Assembly (NCBI RefSeq): GCF_037042905.1
Contig: NC_087245.1
Span: 15,502,001 to 15,566,000 of the forward strand
Direction of reading: 5' to 3'
Length of the DNA: 64,000 nucleotides
Source of the DNA: Lytechinus pictus
Taxonomy: Eukaryota
Shown here: positions 12,026 to 24,632 of the stretch, piece after piece
How the letters are laid out: each line of letters starts with the position of its first letter
Position numbering within the stretch: the first letter of the stretch is position 1
The notes under the pieces: generated by a model
Databases searched by the model: none
Told to the model about the DNA's origin: nothing
Seen by the model: only the letters and a program-made list of their open reading frames with translations
Made by a program: the position numbers and the translations under genes

Positions 12026-15000
12026 CTTGATCGCTAAACGAGTTTACAGTATATATTGATAATTGACTTCAGCAAGAACGATGTTATCTCCACGCCAGCT
12101 GCAATAATATTTGAATCCTTAGCTGATTTGGATGGTGATCTTAGAGGTGGATTAGAGTAAAGCTTTAATTTATCCACCTCTATGATGATGATCACTATAT
12201 AGTTTGCACATGCGCATTCCCTTTCTGCTGGCATATTTTGTCTGCCAGGACATCGATCTTTGATTTCAACTGTAAATAATATACCTGTAAATTATTTCAT
12301 TATTATGAAAACTCTAAACTTGGATTAGGAATTTGATTTATGGACGCTGTCTCTAGAGAACATGAATATGCCAGGACAACCCAATACAGTACGATTTGTA
12401 TTGTTTTATTATATAAACTAAGGCCAATACTACATAACAAATCATGATTTACTTTACTTCCCATCGAATTACGAGCATAAGTGTGCAGATTTTAAAACTT
12501 CCTCTTTTGAACTATTCTACTTCAAACTAAAGGTCTATACCAATTTGCACATGACATTGTATCCTGAAGTCAACTTTAACTTAGTCCATGGTCTGACTCT
12601 GTGCTAATATTATTAGAAACTGACAATGTCAAGATTTAGTTTAGATTTCAGGGCTTTTTGTGTTTACTGTGTTGTTTCCCAATCCTTTAATGACAAAGAA
12701 AACTGTTTTAGTTATTATTCCTAGACAACTTACGAATGATTTACGGCGTAAAATTAGCTGATAATTTGAGCCTGTATTGTTAAAGGACAAATGTACTCTG
12801 ACAAAAGTTGACTTGAATAAAAGGAGAAAAGTCCAACAAGCATATTAATAAGCAAACCTCATTTTCATGTCAAAGAAAATGTCAATTTCTCCCTGAGAAT
12901 GTGGATTACCATTGTCTTGACATAACGTGGTTCAGTCAAGTTGGTCACTATTGCCAAATCTGTAAAAAATGAAATCTTTTATAATTCAAACAATAAAAAA
13001 CAAAAGAAATAGTGAGTGAAGGACATCATCGACTCTCCATTTGCATATCACCGAGTTGTGCATATAACTGCTTTGTGAAAAATAAGCTTAATTTCAAAAT
13101 GTCATAACTTTCTTATTTTATATTCGATTTTGATGAAATTTTCAGTTTTGTGATTGTTTGATTTTCTCTATTTATTCAAATAAACATAACATCTGTCATG
13201 TCTGTCTCTCCGTAGATATTGCGATAAACGCTTCGTGATCGTACAATTATGGATAGACTGGCGGATTAAACACAAACTGTACGGAGATATCAAGGCGTAT
13301 TCACGATCTTCGCAGGAATGGGCTATCGACTTCGTACCATATCGTACATTATAGAGGCTGATGAGACTGCGGAGTAAACACAAGATGCCTGGCGATCTTC
13401 GTACAACCTCTGTACGTCCTATCCGTGAAGGTCCGTATATAGTAAATAATTCGCATGATACCCGAAGATGATAAGTAGGCCTACGCTCTAGACGTAGATT
13501 CGTGCTCGATTTTTCTCCCTATATTATATACGGTAGATTTACAGAGCTGTAAATTTCATAGTTATCCTGCTTGTATTTCATTCCGTTGCACACACTCTCT
13601 CTCTAAAAATATACCACAGGACAAGCTAACTGAAGTTCAAAGTTAGCATAAAAGCATTTTTATCATCATTATTAGTATTTATCTATGTCTATTGATACCA
13701 GTTTAAGTTAGATTGTTTGGGTGACTATCCTCATCCATGCCATGTTAATATATGACCTACTTTTGGGCTGTTCAAATAAATTTATTACTCATTCATATTT
13801 TGTCAAATGATCCTATTTAGAACTCTTCAACTTCAAAGGTCTATAAATACCTGTTTTGATTTACGGGTTGCAATTTCATTCATATACGGTGTCTTCTACA
13901 TTGCAAAATTTACGTTTCGGTAACTTATTAAAAATTAGGCCTAGCTATATAACTTAGCGTTATACAATAAAAAGATGAAGCCCTAAATTCCACTCCCAAA
14001 ATCAAAGTGAAAGGAATTGTCACAATGATTCTCTTGTTAGAATGCATTATCACATTATAAGTTTATGAAAACCAGAACTCTGTTTCCAGACTGCAGTATA
14101 CATTCATATTGACAAAACATTCAGTTGATATTAAAGCTTTGTATTTCTGGTTCTTCGGATGTCGTTATTTGTAAAAAAAAAAGATTTAGATTTGATCAAT
14201 TTTCGTTATCAAAATATAATCGAAGTATCATTACATAGTCAAATATCACAAAGTACAATGTAAATCGCCATAACACATCAAGGCCGTAAGCAGAAATTTG
14301 GAAAAACTCACATTTTTAATGAAAAATTTTCACAAAATTAACCAAAATATGCACGAAATCCTTCAATTTCACTTTACTAAAAACAAAAGTGTCCCAATTA
14401 CAAGCTTGGTCACTTTGCTCCCTCGCGTTCAGTTTTTTTTTTTCGAGAAAGTTTACGCGTCCTGCCCCCAGCAAAAAATTCTGCGTACGGCCAGGTAACA
14501 CATACAGAAGCTTAAACGAACTAAAGTGACTTTGGAAAAGAACGAAGGAGCCTGATAAGATTTAATGATATTTCATAAAGATCATTATATCTTATGAAAA
14601 CTTCAAATCAAGTTAGATTAATCCAATATTCAATCCACACAATTTGTGCAAAAAGACACACACGCCCCACCCCCTCTCTTTCGCTTACCCCCTCTTTTAA
14701 AACGAGTCACCATTTGATTTTCATTTTGGTACCTTAGATGTGCCCGTTGTATATGTTATTCTGATACATGCACACAGGCACATCCACGTGCACCCCCTCT
14801 CTCTCACACTTTTTTTTCAACACACACACACACACACACTCACTCACTCACACCCGTGTATTACGTATACATCATACAGCTGATCGATATGGAACCATCC
14901 CCCAGTTGAGAAAGTTCTTCTACGCCACTAAATTAAATATCACAGAATTTGTCTCATTTTTAGAGAGACTACATTTTACTCATACCCTACCACACCATCA

Positions 15001-16301
15001 ATATTTTTAAATAAGTTTAGGAATTTTCAGCATTTATTTGGGTGTATCATATAGTAACATTAAACGAGAATTCACACTCTCGCTCTAATTTCAAACCGAG
15101 TAATGTTTTCACCATACGTTTCATCCGAATTTATGATAATAATTGTCTTTATTGATACATCAAAAAACATTCGTTACAGCCAAAGGCTGAATTGCAAATG
15201 CTAGTACAAGGTAAACAAAAAATAACATATAAATTGACAAAAAACGCAAATATACAAACAAGGTATATATTATATATGGATAAAAAATACATATGAAATA
15301 GCCAGTCAATATACAATTAAGAGTGACCTCCATTCGACCTTGCAAAGGTAACAAGAAACATAAATGAGTGGCGATATGGAATTAGGCTGATCAAAAATCA
15401 ATAAGTAATAAACACGTGAAGAACGGAAACAGTAAGAACAACAGGGGAAAAGAAATGCGTAACAATTGGTATAATCATTGAGTAGCGTTGCGGATTATTA
15501 GATTACAAGAGAACGATAAATCGGTGTAATCGAACAAAAAGGCAGTTAACAAGGTCGAATGGAGCACTGAAACATATAATATATTGTTGGACATGCATCA
15601 AAGTTTTAACAAAAGTACAAGTCCGGCCCAGCAACGAGCCGACCCGAACGAAAAGAGAACCGACATAAGCATAGCAATTTACACTTTCAATTCTCCACTC
15701 ATTCAAATCAACCACAGTCGGGGCGGACTTGGCTTACAAGAAGAGAGAAGGGATAGGGAGAATAGAGAAACAGATAATTGGAAGACAGAAGAAAAAGATA
15801 TATGAAAGAGGAAGAGAAAGTAAAGATAGATGCAATGCCAACAATATTAAATTTTACATATAACGATTACAACATGCTATTAAAAAAAACCTTAAAAATG
15901 TAAAAATGCATAAAAAAATGTAAATTTACCTCTAGTCTGCCAGAGTAAACAAGTTTGAAATTCATCATTCTTAGGCCCCCATAATCATACAGTCTTGATA
16001 CATACGGTATTTTCCAAACCATAAAAAAAGAATCATAAGCATTTAAAATTTTATTTTTTATAAAACACCTAGCTACTGAGGTTCGTCGATTGAGAAAACC
16101 GCTATAACACACATACGCGCACAACACCCACCCACGCAATTTCCCCCAATTACAGATTTCATATATGTAATTCATTATTACTCGTTGTAACATGCAATGT
16201 AAAAAAAATCCATCATGAATGATTAAAAATATCTTTATTTTTTTATGTAAACATAAGACAGTAAAATTACTTATAAAATTGTGGGCAAATGAACGCATTA
16301 T

Positions 16302-17108
16302 CAAGGGCGTAGGCGGGGGGGGGGATGTGCACTGAGTGCACGAGCACCCTCCCGCTGAGGCAGAGGAGTTCCGACACTGGCAAGAAAAACAAAATTTGAA
16401 CTCCTTCTTCTGCTTTCAATAGCTGATTTCCCAAACTTAAATTCTACCACCCCAAGGTGTGAACACTTGTACCACTTTAGTTCCACCTCCCTAAGATGTG
16501 CACCCCCATATACCACTTTAGTTCCACCTCCCCAAGATGTGCACCCCCATATACCACTTTAGTTCCACCTCCCCAAGATATGCACCCCCATATACCACTT
16601 TAGTTCCACCATCCCAAAATGTGCACCCCCATATACCACTTTAGTTCCACCTCCATGAGATGTGCACCCCCATATACCACTTTAGTTCCACCTCCCTAAG
16701 ATGTGCACCCCCATATACCACTTTAGTTCCACCTCCCCAAGATGTGCACCCCCATATACCACTTTAGTTCCACCTCCATGAGATGTGCACCCCCATATAC
16801 CACTTTAGTTCCACCTCCCCAAGATGTGCACCCCCATATACCACTTTATTTCCACCTCCCCAAGATGTGCACCCCCATATACCACTTTAGTTCCACCATC
16901 CCAAAATGTGCATCCCCATATACCACTTTAGTTCCACCACCCCAAGATGTGCACCCCCATATACCACTTTAGTTCCACCTCCCCAAGATGTGCACCCCCG
17001 TATACCACTTTAGTTCCACCTCCCCAAGATGTGCACCCCCATATACCGGTTCAGTTCCACCACCCCAAGGTGTGCACTTCCCCATACTAAAGCCAGCCTA
17101 CGCCCTTG
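16302..17108. mobile_element. MITE (caagggcgtaggc TIRs) carrying an expanded 41-bp minisatellite
   Basis: TIRs caagggcgtaggc / gcctacgcccttg. Inverted sister copy at 24796-25215. Confidence 0.8.
16472..17086. repeat. 41-bp tandem minisatellite, 14 near-perfect units plus degenerate flanking units
   Basis: Unit ccactttagttccacctccccaagatgtgcacccccatata at exact 41-bp spacing (16472, 16513, ... 17005, 17046). Confidence 0.97.
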
Positions 17109-17479
17109 ATTGTGTGAAAATACTAAAGAATACTAGTAATACATTCAAATTCTTACATTAGTTCTAACCTTCAGCATTTCAGCAACCCATTTCATTCAAA
17201 ATGAAGGAAGGTGTAGGCCTGTATACCTAACTAGACAAACTCATATATAATGCAAACATTTCATAATAAATTAAAACAAGCAAAATTTGTAAACTTCACA
17301 CACACATACACACAGTTCCAAAGTGCCCTGACAAGATAAAAAAAAAGATATTACTATAAAATGAATATTATAAGTGCAAAAAAAGAAATATACACATTGA
17401 AACAGCAAACATTATGCTATACAGATTATCATAACTTACAATACACATAACTACAGAATAGGAGGATAGTAGTTGTAAG

Positions 17480-18609
17480 CAGTGTCGTACCGTGGGTCAC
17501 AAGCCATTGGGGGGGGGGGGGGCACCAGCAAAAAATTTGAGACATTTAGTGGGCGCGCGAAGCGCGCTCAATAGCCAGGTAAACTGACCTAATAGAGACA
17601 TTTCAAGGACTGTGCCATTAAACAGATATGTATATCACTGATCAAATAACGTGAGCGCGAAGCGCGAGCTGAAAATGTTTGATATTCAAACCTAAAATAG
17701 GGACATTATAAGCAAATTGTTGTAATCATGATACGTACCTGTCTCACTAAACAACAATGCGGAGCGCGAAGCGCGAGCAGAAATTTTTGTATGTATTGCC
17801 CCAAACAGGGACATTTTAAGGACTTTTTAAAAAGAAATTCATAAAGAGCATACATATCTCACCATAGTCATTTAATGCGAGCACCAAGCGCTTGCTGATT
17901 TTTTTTTAGAATTCCACCTTAACCATGAAGCACTTTTTGTAGTCATTGTAATCACGAACATGACACGTATCTGCGAGCTGAAAATATTTGACTTGTATAT
18001 AAAATATGAAAATATAAGACTTGTTTGTTTGTTGAAATTTATTAAGACCATACGTATATCACTATCCAAAAGATGCGAGCTGAAAATTTTTGATACTCAG
18101 AACAAAAAAGGGGACATTTTAGGACTGTTTTTTTAGGAATTGATGAAGAGCAGATATATTTCACGAATCCAGTAAGCACGACTAGAAATGTTTTATATTC
18201 AGACCTTAAAAGGGGCAATCACTTTTAAAAGTAATCATGAAACATAAGCATTTGTCACTACATAGAATAATAAAAACTTGAAGTGCGAGGAAATATATTT
18301 GGTGTATATTGACTTGAAAATGGGGGTGTTTTAGTACCTTTTAATCCCTTTTAATGAGATTATTCATCTCCTTAAAATGACAATACGAGTACCAGGAGTG
18401 ATGAACGCATAGGCCCTAAGCTAATTATGTTTCGTAAAGATATTAAAACTATATATAGTATAATTTATATAAAAAAGAAAATAATACACAATAAGTTCTT
18501 CTTCTCCCACTGCGTTTCTTTTTCTTTCTCCCTATTTTTCTCCTTTTCCCCGTTTTTTTTGCCAGCCGATGGGGGGGGGGGGGGACGTGTCGTCGTAGTT
18601 ACACCACTG
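17480..18609 (+). mobile_element. hAT-like MITE, same family as 5018-6197
   Basis: TSD gttgtaag. Colinear similarity to 5018-6197. Confidence 0.9.
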
Positions 18610-18898
18610 GTTGTAAGTTATTAATGTATGCAATCTCATTTGGATGGTTGAGACGCAAATTCTATTTTTTTAGGATTGTATCAAGACAAGCTCATACGAT
18701 TTGATTTTTACAACAAACCGTAAATCTACACAAACTATTAAAAAAAAATTCTACCCTGTTAGATAAAAGTGTAACCCTCGCCTGCTGGAAATGGGACAGT
18801 CCCTTTACGAAGATTGGGATTAATGATAATGAAAAAGTTTTGTTTTATTGGTATCAGAGTGTCCAATTACTGACTGCAATGCAATGCTGATCTAGAAG

Positions 18899-20487
18899 CA
18901 GTGGCGTAACAGGCGGGGGGGGGGGGGCAGGGGGCAAGCTGCCCCCCAGCTGCCCCCCCTGTCGGAGCTCACCGGGAAAATTAAAAAAAAAACGGGAAAA
19001 ATAAAAAAAAGGGAGGAAGAAAGGGAAAGGGAAAGGAAAGAAAAGAAAAAAGGGGAAAGGGAAGGGGAAAGGAAAAGGGAAAAGAAAACTAAGAAAAAAC
19101 ATAAAAAAGGGAAAACGGAAAGATAACGGGAAAAGGAAGGAAAAAAGAACAAGTGAGAAAAAACATTCGCCCCGATATAATACATTAGCATGATTAGTAA
19201 GACAGGGAAATAAATTAAAGATGGCAAAAAGGCAAACAAAAGCGGAAAATAAAGGCAATGGAATTAGCCAAAATCTAAATTGGAAAATAAAGAATAGGGA
19301 CAAGATAACGTACACTACCGGGCCGCCGAGGATTGAGCGGGAAGAAAAATGGATGGTATATAGCATAATGTCGTATGAAAGTCTATCATAAACTTGCTAA
19401 ATCTCCAAAGGCTCTGTCCTAGAGTCAAGACCCCGTGCAGTGGGGGCTCTTCATCTGTAACCTTTAATGGGTTCTATAACGGGCCCCTATATGGATCCTT
19501 CCTGCATTAAGCTTTACGTTGAAGCACTGGCGTACCGGGGGTGGTTCCACAGCCAAGGGGAAATAAAAGAAAACAAAGGAGGCAGCGAAATGAGATGAAT
19601 GAAAAAAAAAATACATGACATGATATTTGCTATAATGATGTAAAAATCTATCACATAATTAGAATTTCATTTTAACAGGCCTTTTTTTTCTGGCTCGCTT
19701 CGCTCGCTGGCGACTTTTTACAAATTTTCCCACATTTGCTATGGTGTGCCCCTCACAATATTTGGATGATTACGATACACAACTGCATTGAATTTATGTG
19801 TTGTGTTAAAACTATATAAATATACACGCAATTTGATTAAAATAAGTGGCCATCTGTAAGGTTTAAAATGGCTTTGATATCAAGAGGTTCCGGGGCTCTG
19901 CCCTGGACCCCACCAATAAAGCACTGTTACATGGATGAGTTGGACCATGGCCCCAAAAGTTCTACAACCAAAAAAAAAAAAAGAGGAAAGAAAGGAAAGT
20001 GTATTATATTTTTCTGAATATCACGTCAAAATCTATATTCATGTTAGATTCTCATGAAAAGGTGATTTTTTTTTATCTCGCTCGCTTCGCTCGCTCGGGA
20101 CCTATATTAAGCTACTTCTTGCCAGAAGCGCCATACTCGGCCCCCTCGAGCATATAGAGCTTTGCTCTGATTCTCACAATCATAACAAAAATCCTGTTCA
20201 CCGTGGCGTACAAAAAAAAGAGAGAAAAAAGGAAAGAGAGGAGGGTGAAATATGATATCACCTTTTTAACAGTATGTCAAAATCTATCACAAAATTGGAT
20301 TTTTGCAATAAAAATGTCAAAAAAATTTGCTCGCTCGCTTATATATGTATATATATATATATTTGCCCGATACGCCATATCGCCCCCTCAAAATTTTTGC
20401 CTTATGACGCCATTGCCTGTTCCATGATATGACCGGGAAATTTTTGGCTCTTGCCCCCCCTGGCCATCGACCCCTGTTACGCCGCTG
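18899..20487. mobile_element. hAT-like MITE (cagtggcgtaacagg TIR) with a purine-rich tract
   Basis: TIRs cagtggcgtaacagg / cctgttacgccgctg. TSD tctagaag/tctagaac (7 of 8 match). Confidence 0.75.
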
Positions 20488-20878
20488 TCTAGAACATCAT
20501 GGACGTACGCAGACATTTTTCCGGGGTGGGGGCAAGACGCGTAAACATTTTGAATAAACTCAAAAGCGTGGGAGCGGAGCGACTGAGCTTCTCATGGGGC
20601 GTTTATGCATTTTCTAGAGTGAAATTGAAGGAATTAGTTGCTGCATTTCGTGAAAATTTTCAGTAAAAACGGAGCGGTTGTCAGGGAGGAGGAGGGGGTA
20701 ACTTCCCCTGCCCCTTCCCTCGCTGCGTATGGCCATGATCGAGAAACTATGATCATACTAGTTCATCCTTTTCCTTTCCTTTTCTTTATTCTTCCTCCAT
20801 TTTCTTTTTTTTCTCGGTCGCTGAACTCCGATGCACAATCCGCACTCTCTTAAAAATGTTGGGCATATACTGTCCACA

Positions 20879-21404
20879 CCCGGGGGGGGGGGGCAGTCAA
20901 ATGTATTACTGTACACAAGCGTGGCCAAATTATTTCCAAACACCCCCTAAACGAGTTTTTCTCTGTGTGCAAAATAACCCCCTAAACAAGATTATCGCGA
21001 GCTTCATTAACACATTTTGGTTGTCGCCAGAATATGACCCCTAAACAAGTTTTGTCTTCTTGCTATCGATATATTTAGATATAGACATAACTATATTCAT
21101 GGATATTGCATACCCCCCCCCCCAGTGCAGTTAGTGTTAAAATGCCACAATCAGGAAGAACCTGAACACTTTTCAGAGGCGAGGAGGAAAAAGCCCCGGG
21201 GAAAAAGCTTGGGAAAAAAACATATCCTAAACACATTTGGCTAGTCTTAGAAAAAAAAAGCTTTTGAGAAAAAAAAACATACCCTAAATACGTTTGACCC
21301 CGCGATTGACCATTGACCAGTCTTTCAAAACCACCCTTATTTGTGAAAATCGGTGTTTTTGATACCCTTAACGAGTGCACGGCGCCCCCCCCCCCCGCCC
21401 CGGG
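20879..21404. mobile_element. MITE with CCCGGG termini and 8-bp TSD
   Basis: TSD tgtccaca on both sides. Internal ccctaaac repeats resemble those of element 3588-4147. Confidence 0.8.
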
Positions 21405-22865
21405 TGTCCACACAACAATTGGATAAAACTTTATCCAATTCTGGGTAGTATCAAACCAATAATGTGTGCTTTGGGTGAAAACTACACAGTATTGGTTGAA
21501 AACTACCATGCAGGGGCGGATCCATCCTTCGCCAATAGGGGGTGGGGGCGGAATTTTTTTCCAGCCATATTTTCCACGATCGGCCGCTCGAAGATGATTT
21601 TTGTTTGTTCCTTTGAAGGGGTAGTCCTAATAGTCACTTCTTAGCTTTATTCTTATAAAGCAACATATATACATATATTATCATAATCCTTATTTATGTA
21701 ATGCGAGCGCGAAGCGCGAGCGAATTTTTTTGTTATGTATTTTGTCCTAAAATTTGAACAATCTGGGCAATGCTTATTTTCTTGAAAAAGATGTGTATGC
21801 AACTAAATAATTACTACGAACGCGAAGCACGAGCAGAAATTTTAATACATGTTTTGAACTGATCGAATAGGAACATGTTAAGGACCGCTTGCAGTTAGTC
21901 ATGAAGACGTTACATATTTCAACAATCAAATAATGCGAGCGCGAAGCGCGAGCTGAAAATTTTTGACATTTCTACCTAAAGAATGGAAATTCTAAGCACT
22001 TTTGTAACTTAAGCAGGATAGCTATATTTAAAACAATTGATGCGAGCGCGCAGCGCGAGTGGAAAATTTCGACATGTAGACCTAAACGAGACACTCTATT
22101 CATTTTTTTGTGAATCATGAAAAGGATGAGTAATTGGGGACCTTCCTTACAATAATAATTCGAGTGCAAAGCGCGAGCATAAAATTTTTATATACGTTTT
22201 GAACTGATCAAAAAGAAAATAGCCATGAAGTCGTTACATATTTCAACAATCAAATAATGCGAGCGCGAAGCGGGAACTGATTTTTTTTTGACATTTCTAC
22301 CTAAAGAATGGAAATTCTAAGCACTTTTTGTAACTTAAACAGGATATAGCTATATATATAAACAATGATGCAAGCGCGTAGCGCGTGCTGAAAATTTCGA
22401 GATTTAGACCTAAAACCGAGACACACTATTCATGTTTTGTAAATCACGAAAAGGATGACTAATTGGGGATCTTCCTTACAATAATAATTCGAGCGCAAAG
22501 CGCGAGCTGAAAATTTTTGACATTTCTACATAAAGAATGGAAAATTTAATCAATTTTTGTTATCGTGAACAGGATAGCTATATAACCAAACAATTGATGC
22601 GAGCGGAAAAAAAATTGAGATTTAGACCTAAAAACGGGACACTCTATTCATGTTTTGTAAATCATGAAAAAGGTTAGTAATAGGGGATCTTCCTACATTA
22701 ATGATTAATTAATAAAGCACAAAGCACCAGCAGAATCTTTTTTGATATTGTGACCTGAAACTGGATAATGATATAAATAGAGAAAAAGTTGCGTATCTGA
22801 ATAAACATGCAAGGAAGTGTTTCAGATTTAGACCATTAATCTATGGATCGCTCTTAATAAAGAGC

Positions 22866-23021
22866 TGGGGTCCGTCTCATAAAGAGTTATAACTGTGTAA
22901 CTTTGACGCTATGTCAACTACCATGGCAACGTTGCTCAGCAGCCAATCACAATCAATGTTACCATGGTAGTTGCCATAATGGCGAAGTTACAAAAGTTGT
23001 AACTCTTTATGAAATGGGCCC
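22866..23021. mobile_element. Hairpin MITE (Harbinger-like)
   Basis: gggtccgtctcataaagagtta...taactctttatgaaatgggccc inverted repeats. Confidence 0.7.
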
Positions 23022-23059
23022 GTGATATTTTTCATTATTATTACTTTGAGTTTTGACTG

Positions 23060-23243
23060 ATCCACAATGTGCTGCGCTCAACCCAGGTGAGGTAAATGGG
23101 TACCGGTAGGAAGTAATTCCTTAAAAAGCTGTGTGCGCTATGAACGCCTAGCTTAGCCGGGTAATATAGGAGCGCCTTGAGCACCTAACAAGGTGGATAT
23201 GTGCGCAATATAAATACCCTATATTATTATTATTATTATATTA
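23060..23243 (+). mobile_element. SINE 3' half with (ATT)n tail
   Basis: ctcaacccaggtgaggtaaatgggtacc core-like motif, then agcgccttgag...gcgcaatataaat and tattattattatta, typical of SINEs with L2-type tails. Confidence 0.65.
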
Positions 23244-24277
23244 TATAGGACCGGGACATTCTAAGGACATTTTGTCATCATATTCCTATTCTTATTCCTA
23301 AGCGCGAGATGAAACTTGTCGATATTCCATTCTGAACAAAGGGACAATTTAATAATTAATCAATAACTTATTTATTATTCTACTAAGCATATTGAGAACG
23401 CGAAATTTGTTAATATTATGGCCTGAAAACTGGACATTTCAAGCATTTCTGAAAGTATGAATAGGATGCATGAGTTAATACATATTTTTAACAATTAATG
23501 CCAGCGCAAATCGGAGCCGAATTTTTTGATAAACTGTCATGAAACGGGGATTTCAAGTAATTTGTTAAAGAGTTAATATTGAGATAATTATAAATAACAT
23601 AAAATGTGAGCGTATAGCGCTAGCTGATACTATTTGACAATCAGACCTGAATGGGGATATTTTGAGAACTTTGTGGAATACACGAAAATGATAGGTATCT
23701 GACAATCAAACAGCGCGAGCAAAAAATGTTAATATGACATTTTTACAGAGCACTTTTTAAAAATAAAATGTTAATCAAACAAAATAATGAAAGTTCGATT
23801 TCCGAGGAGAAATATGTTTTGTATAATGACTTCAAAACCTGATATTTTAAGCTCCATATTGAGCAAGATATGTAAATCATTTAACAGGCAATGCGAGCGT
23901 GAGCGAAAATTTTATAGTAACATGCATTTTTTCCCCAAGTCTTCCCCTCATCTTATTTTTATCACTTGTCTTCTTTATCTTATTTTTTCCTTTTCTTTTT
24001 TCTCCTCTTTTCTTTTCATTTTCTTCTTTCTTTCCCCCTTTTTTTTCTTGTTTTTGCTCCGCCAATGGGGGGGGGGCCGGGCCCCTCGGGCCCCCCTCGG
24101 GCCCCCCTATGCCATGGACCTATTGTAATAGGTTCATGAAACTACCAAGAGTTCGATAATTTTTTTAACCAATTGTGTGCACAGTATGTTGCCCAACATT
24201 TTAAGACTGTACGCAAGTGTCATATTATGTCAAACCAAATCTTTGACGGATCACCAAAGACGTTGTAAATTTTGTTT

Positions 24278-24632
24278 TCACAGTTCGGGTATGACATAAT
24301 TGTGTTCATCGGGTTCCACTTGGGCTGTAATCGTTGTCCCTTGCCTTGCCTGTCGGTTGTGAACTTGATTGACCAATTCAGCGTATGAGCGAGCATGAAG
24401 GTGCTCTGGGTGAGGAGGTGGAACCACACCTTGGTTGGATCGAGGAGGACCAACCCCTTGATAGGAATGCTCAAGTACTGAAGACCTTCCATTAGGATAA
24501 TTCTGTTGATTGGGGCTAAGGTACATGCCCTGATAGGAATAGCGTTGATCACGAGTCTCTCTGTTTAGGCAGGAATAAGGTTTCTGGCGGCCATCTTGTT
24601 CTTTTGAATTCTCCAACGATCGCAGCGTACGT
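24278..24632 (-). CDS. WSC receptor last exon: cytoplasmic tail with multiple Tyr motifs
   Basis: Acceptor ttttcgtttcag, phase 2. RRTLRSLE...PYSCL...SYQGM...SYQGV...SYAEL...NYVIPEL*. Confidence 0.85.

Larger units (their letters stand above)
21510..24113 (+). mobile_element. Long non-autonomous DNA element with gcgagcgcgaagcgcgag internal repeats, interrupted by a hairpin MITE and a SINE fragment
   Basis: Starts caggggcggatcc. Contains an internal ~320-bp tandem duplication (~21860-22500). The right end is degenerate and no TSD was confirmed. Confidence 0.6.

Noticed and set aside
11841..12059. Poly-His protein
   Set aside because: It is a (CAT)n microsatellite read on the strand opposite the signal-peptide exon.
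16472..17086. CRISPR-like regular array, or repeat-protein ORFs 16301..16516 and 16742..16972
   Set aside because: Units are head-to-tail with no unique spacers and there are no cas genes. The 41-bp period is not a multiple of 3, and the array lies inside a MITE.
18854..19366. 170-aa Phe/Pro-rich membrane-like ORF
   Set aside because: It is the antisense reading of a purine-rich tract inside MITE 18899-20487.
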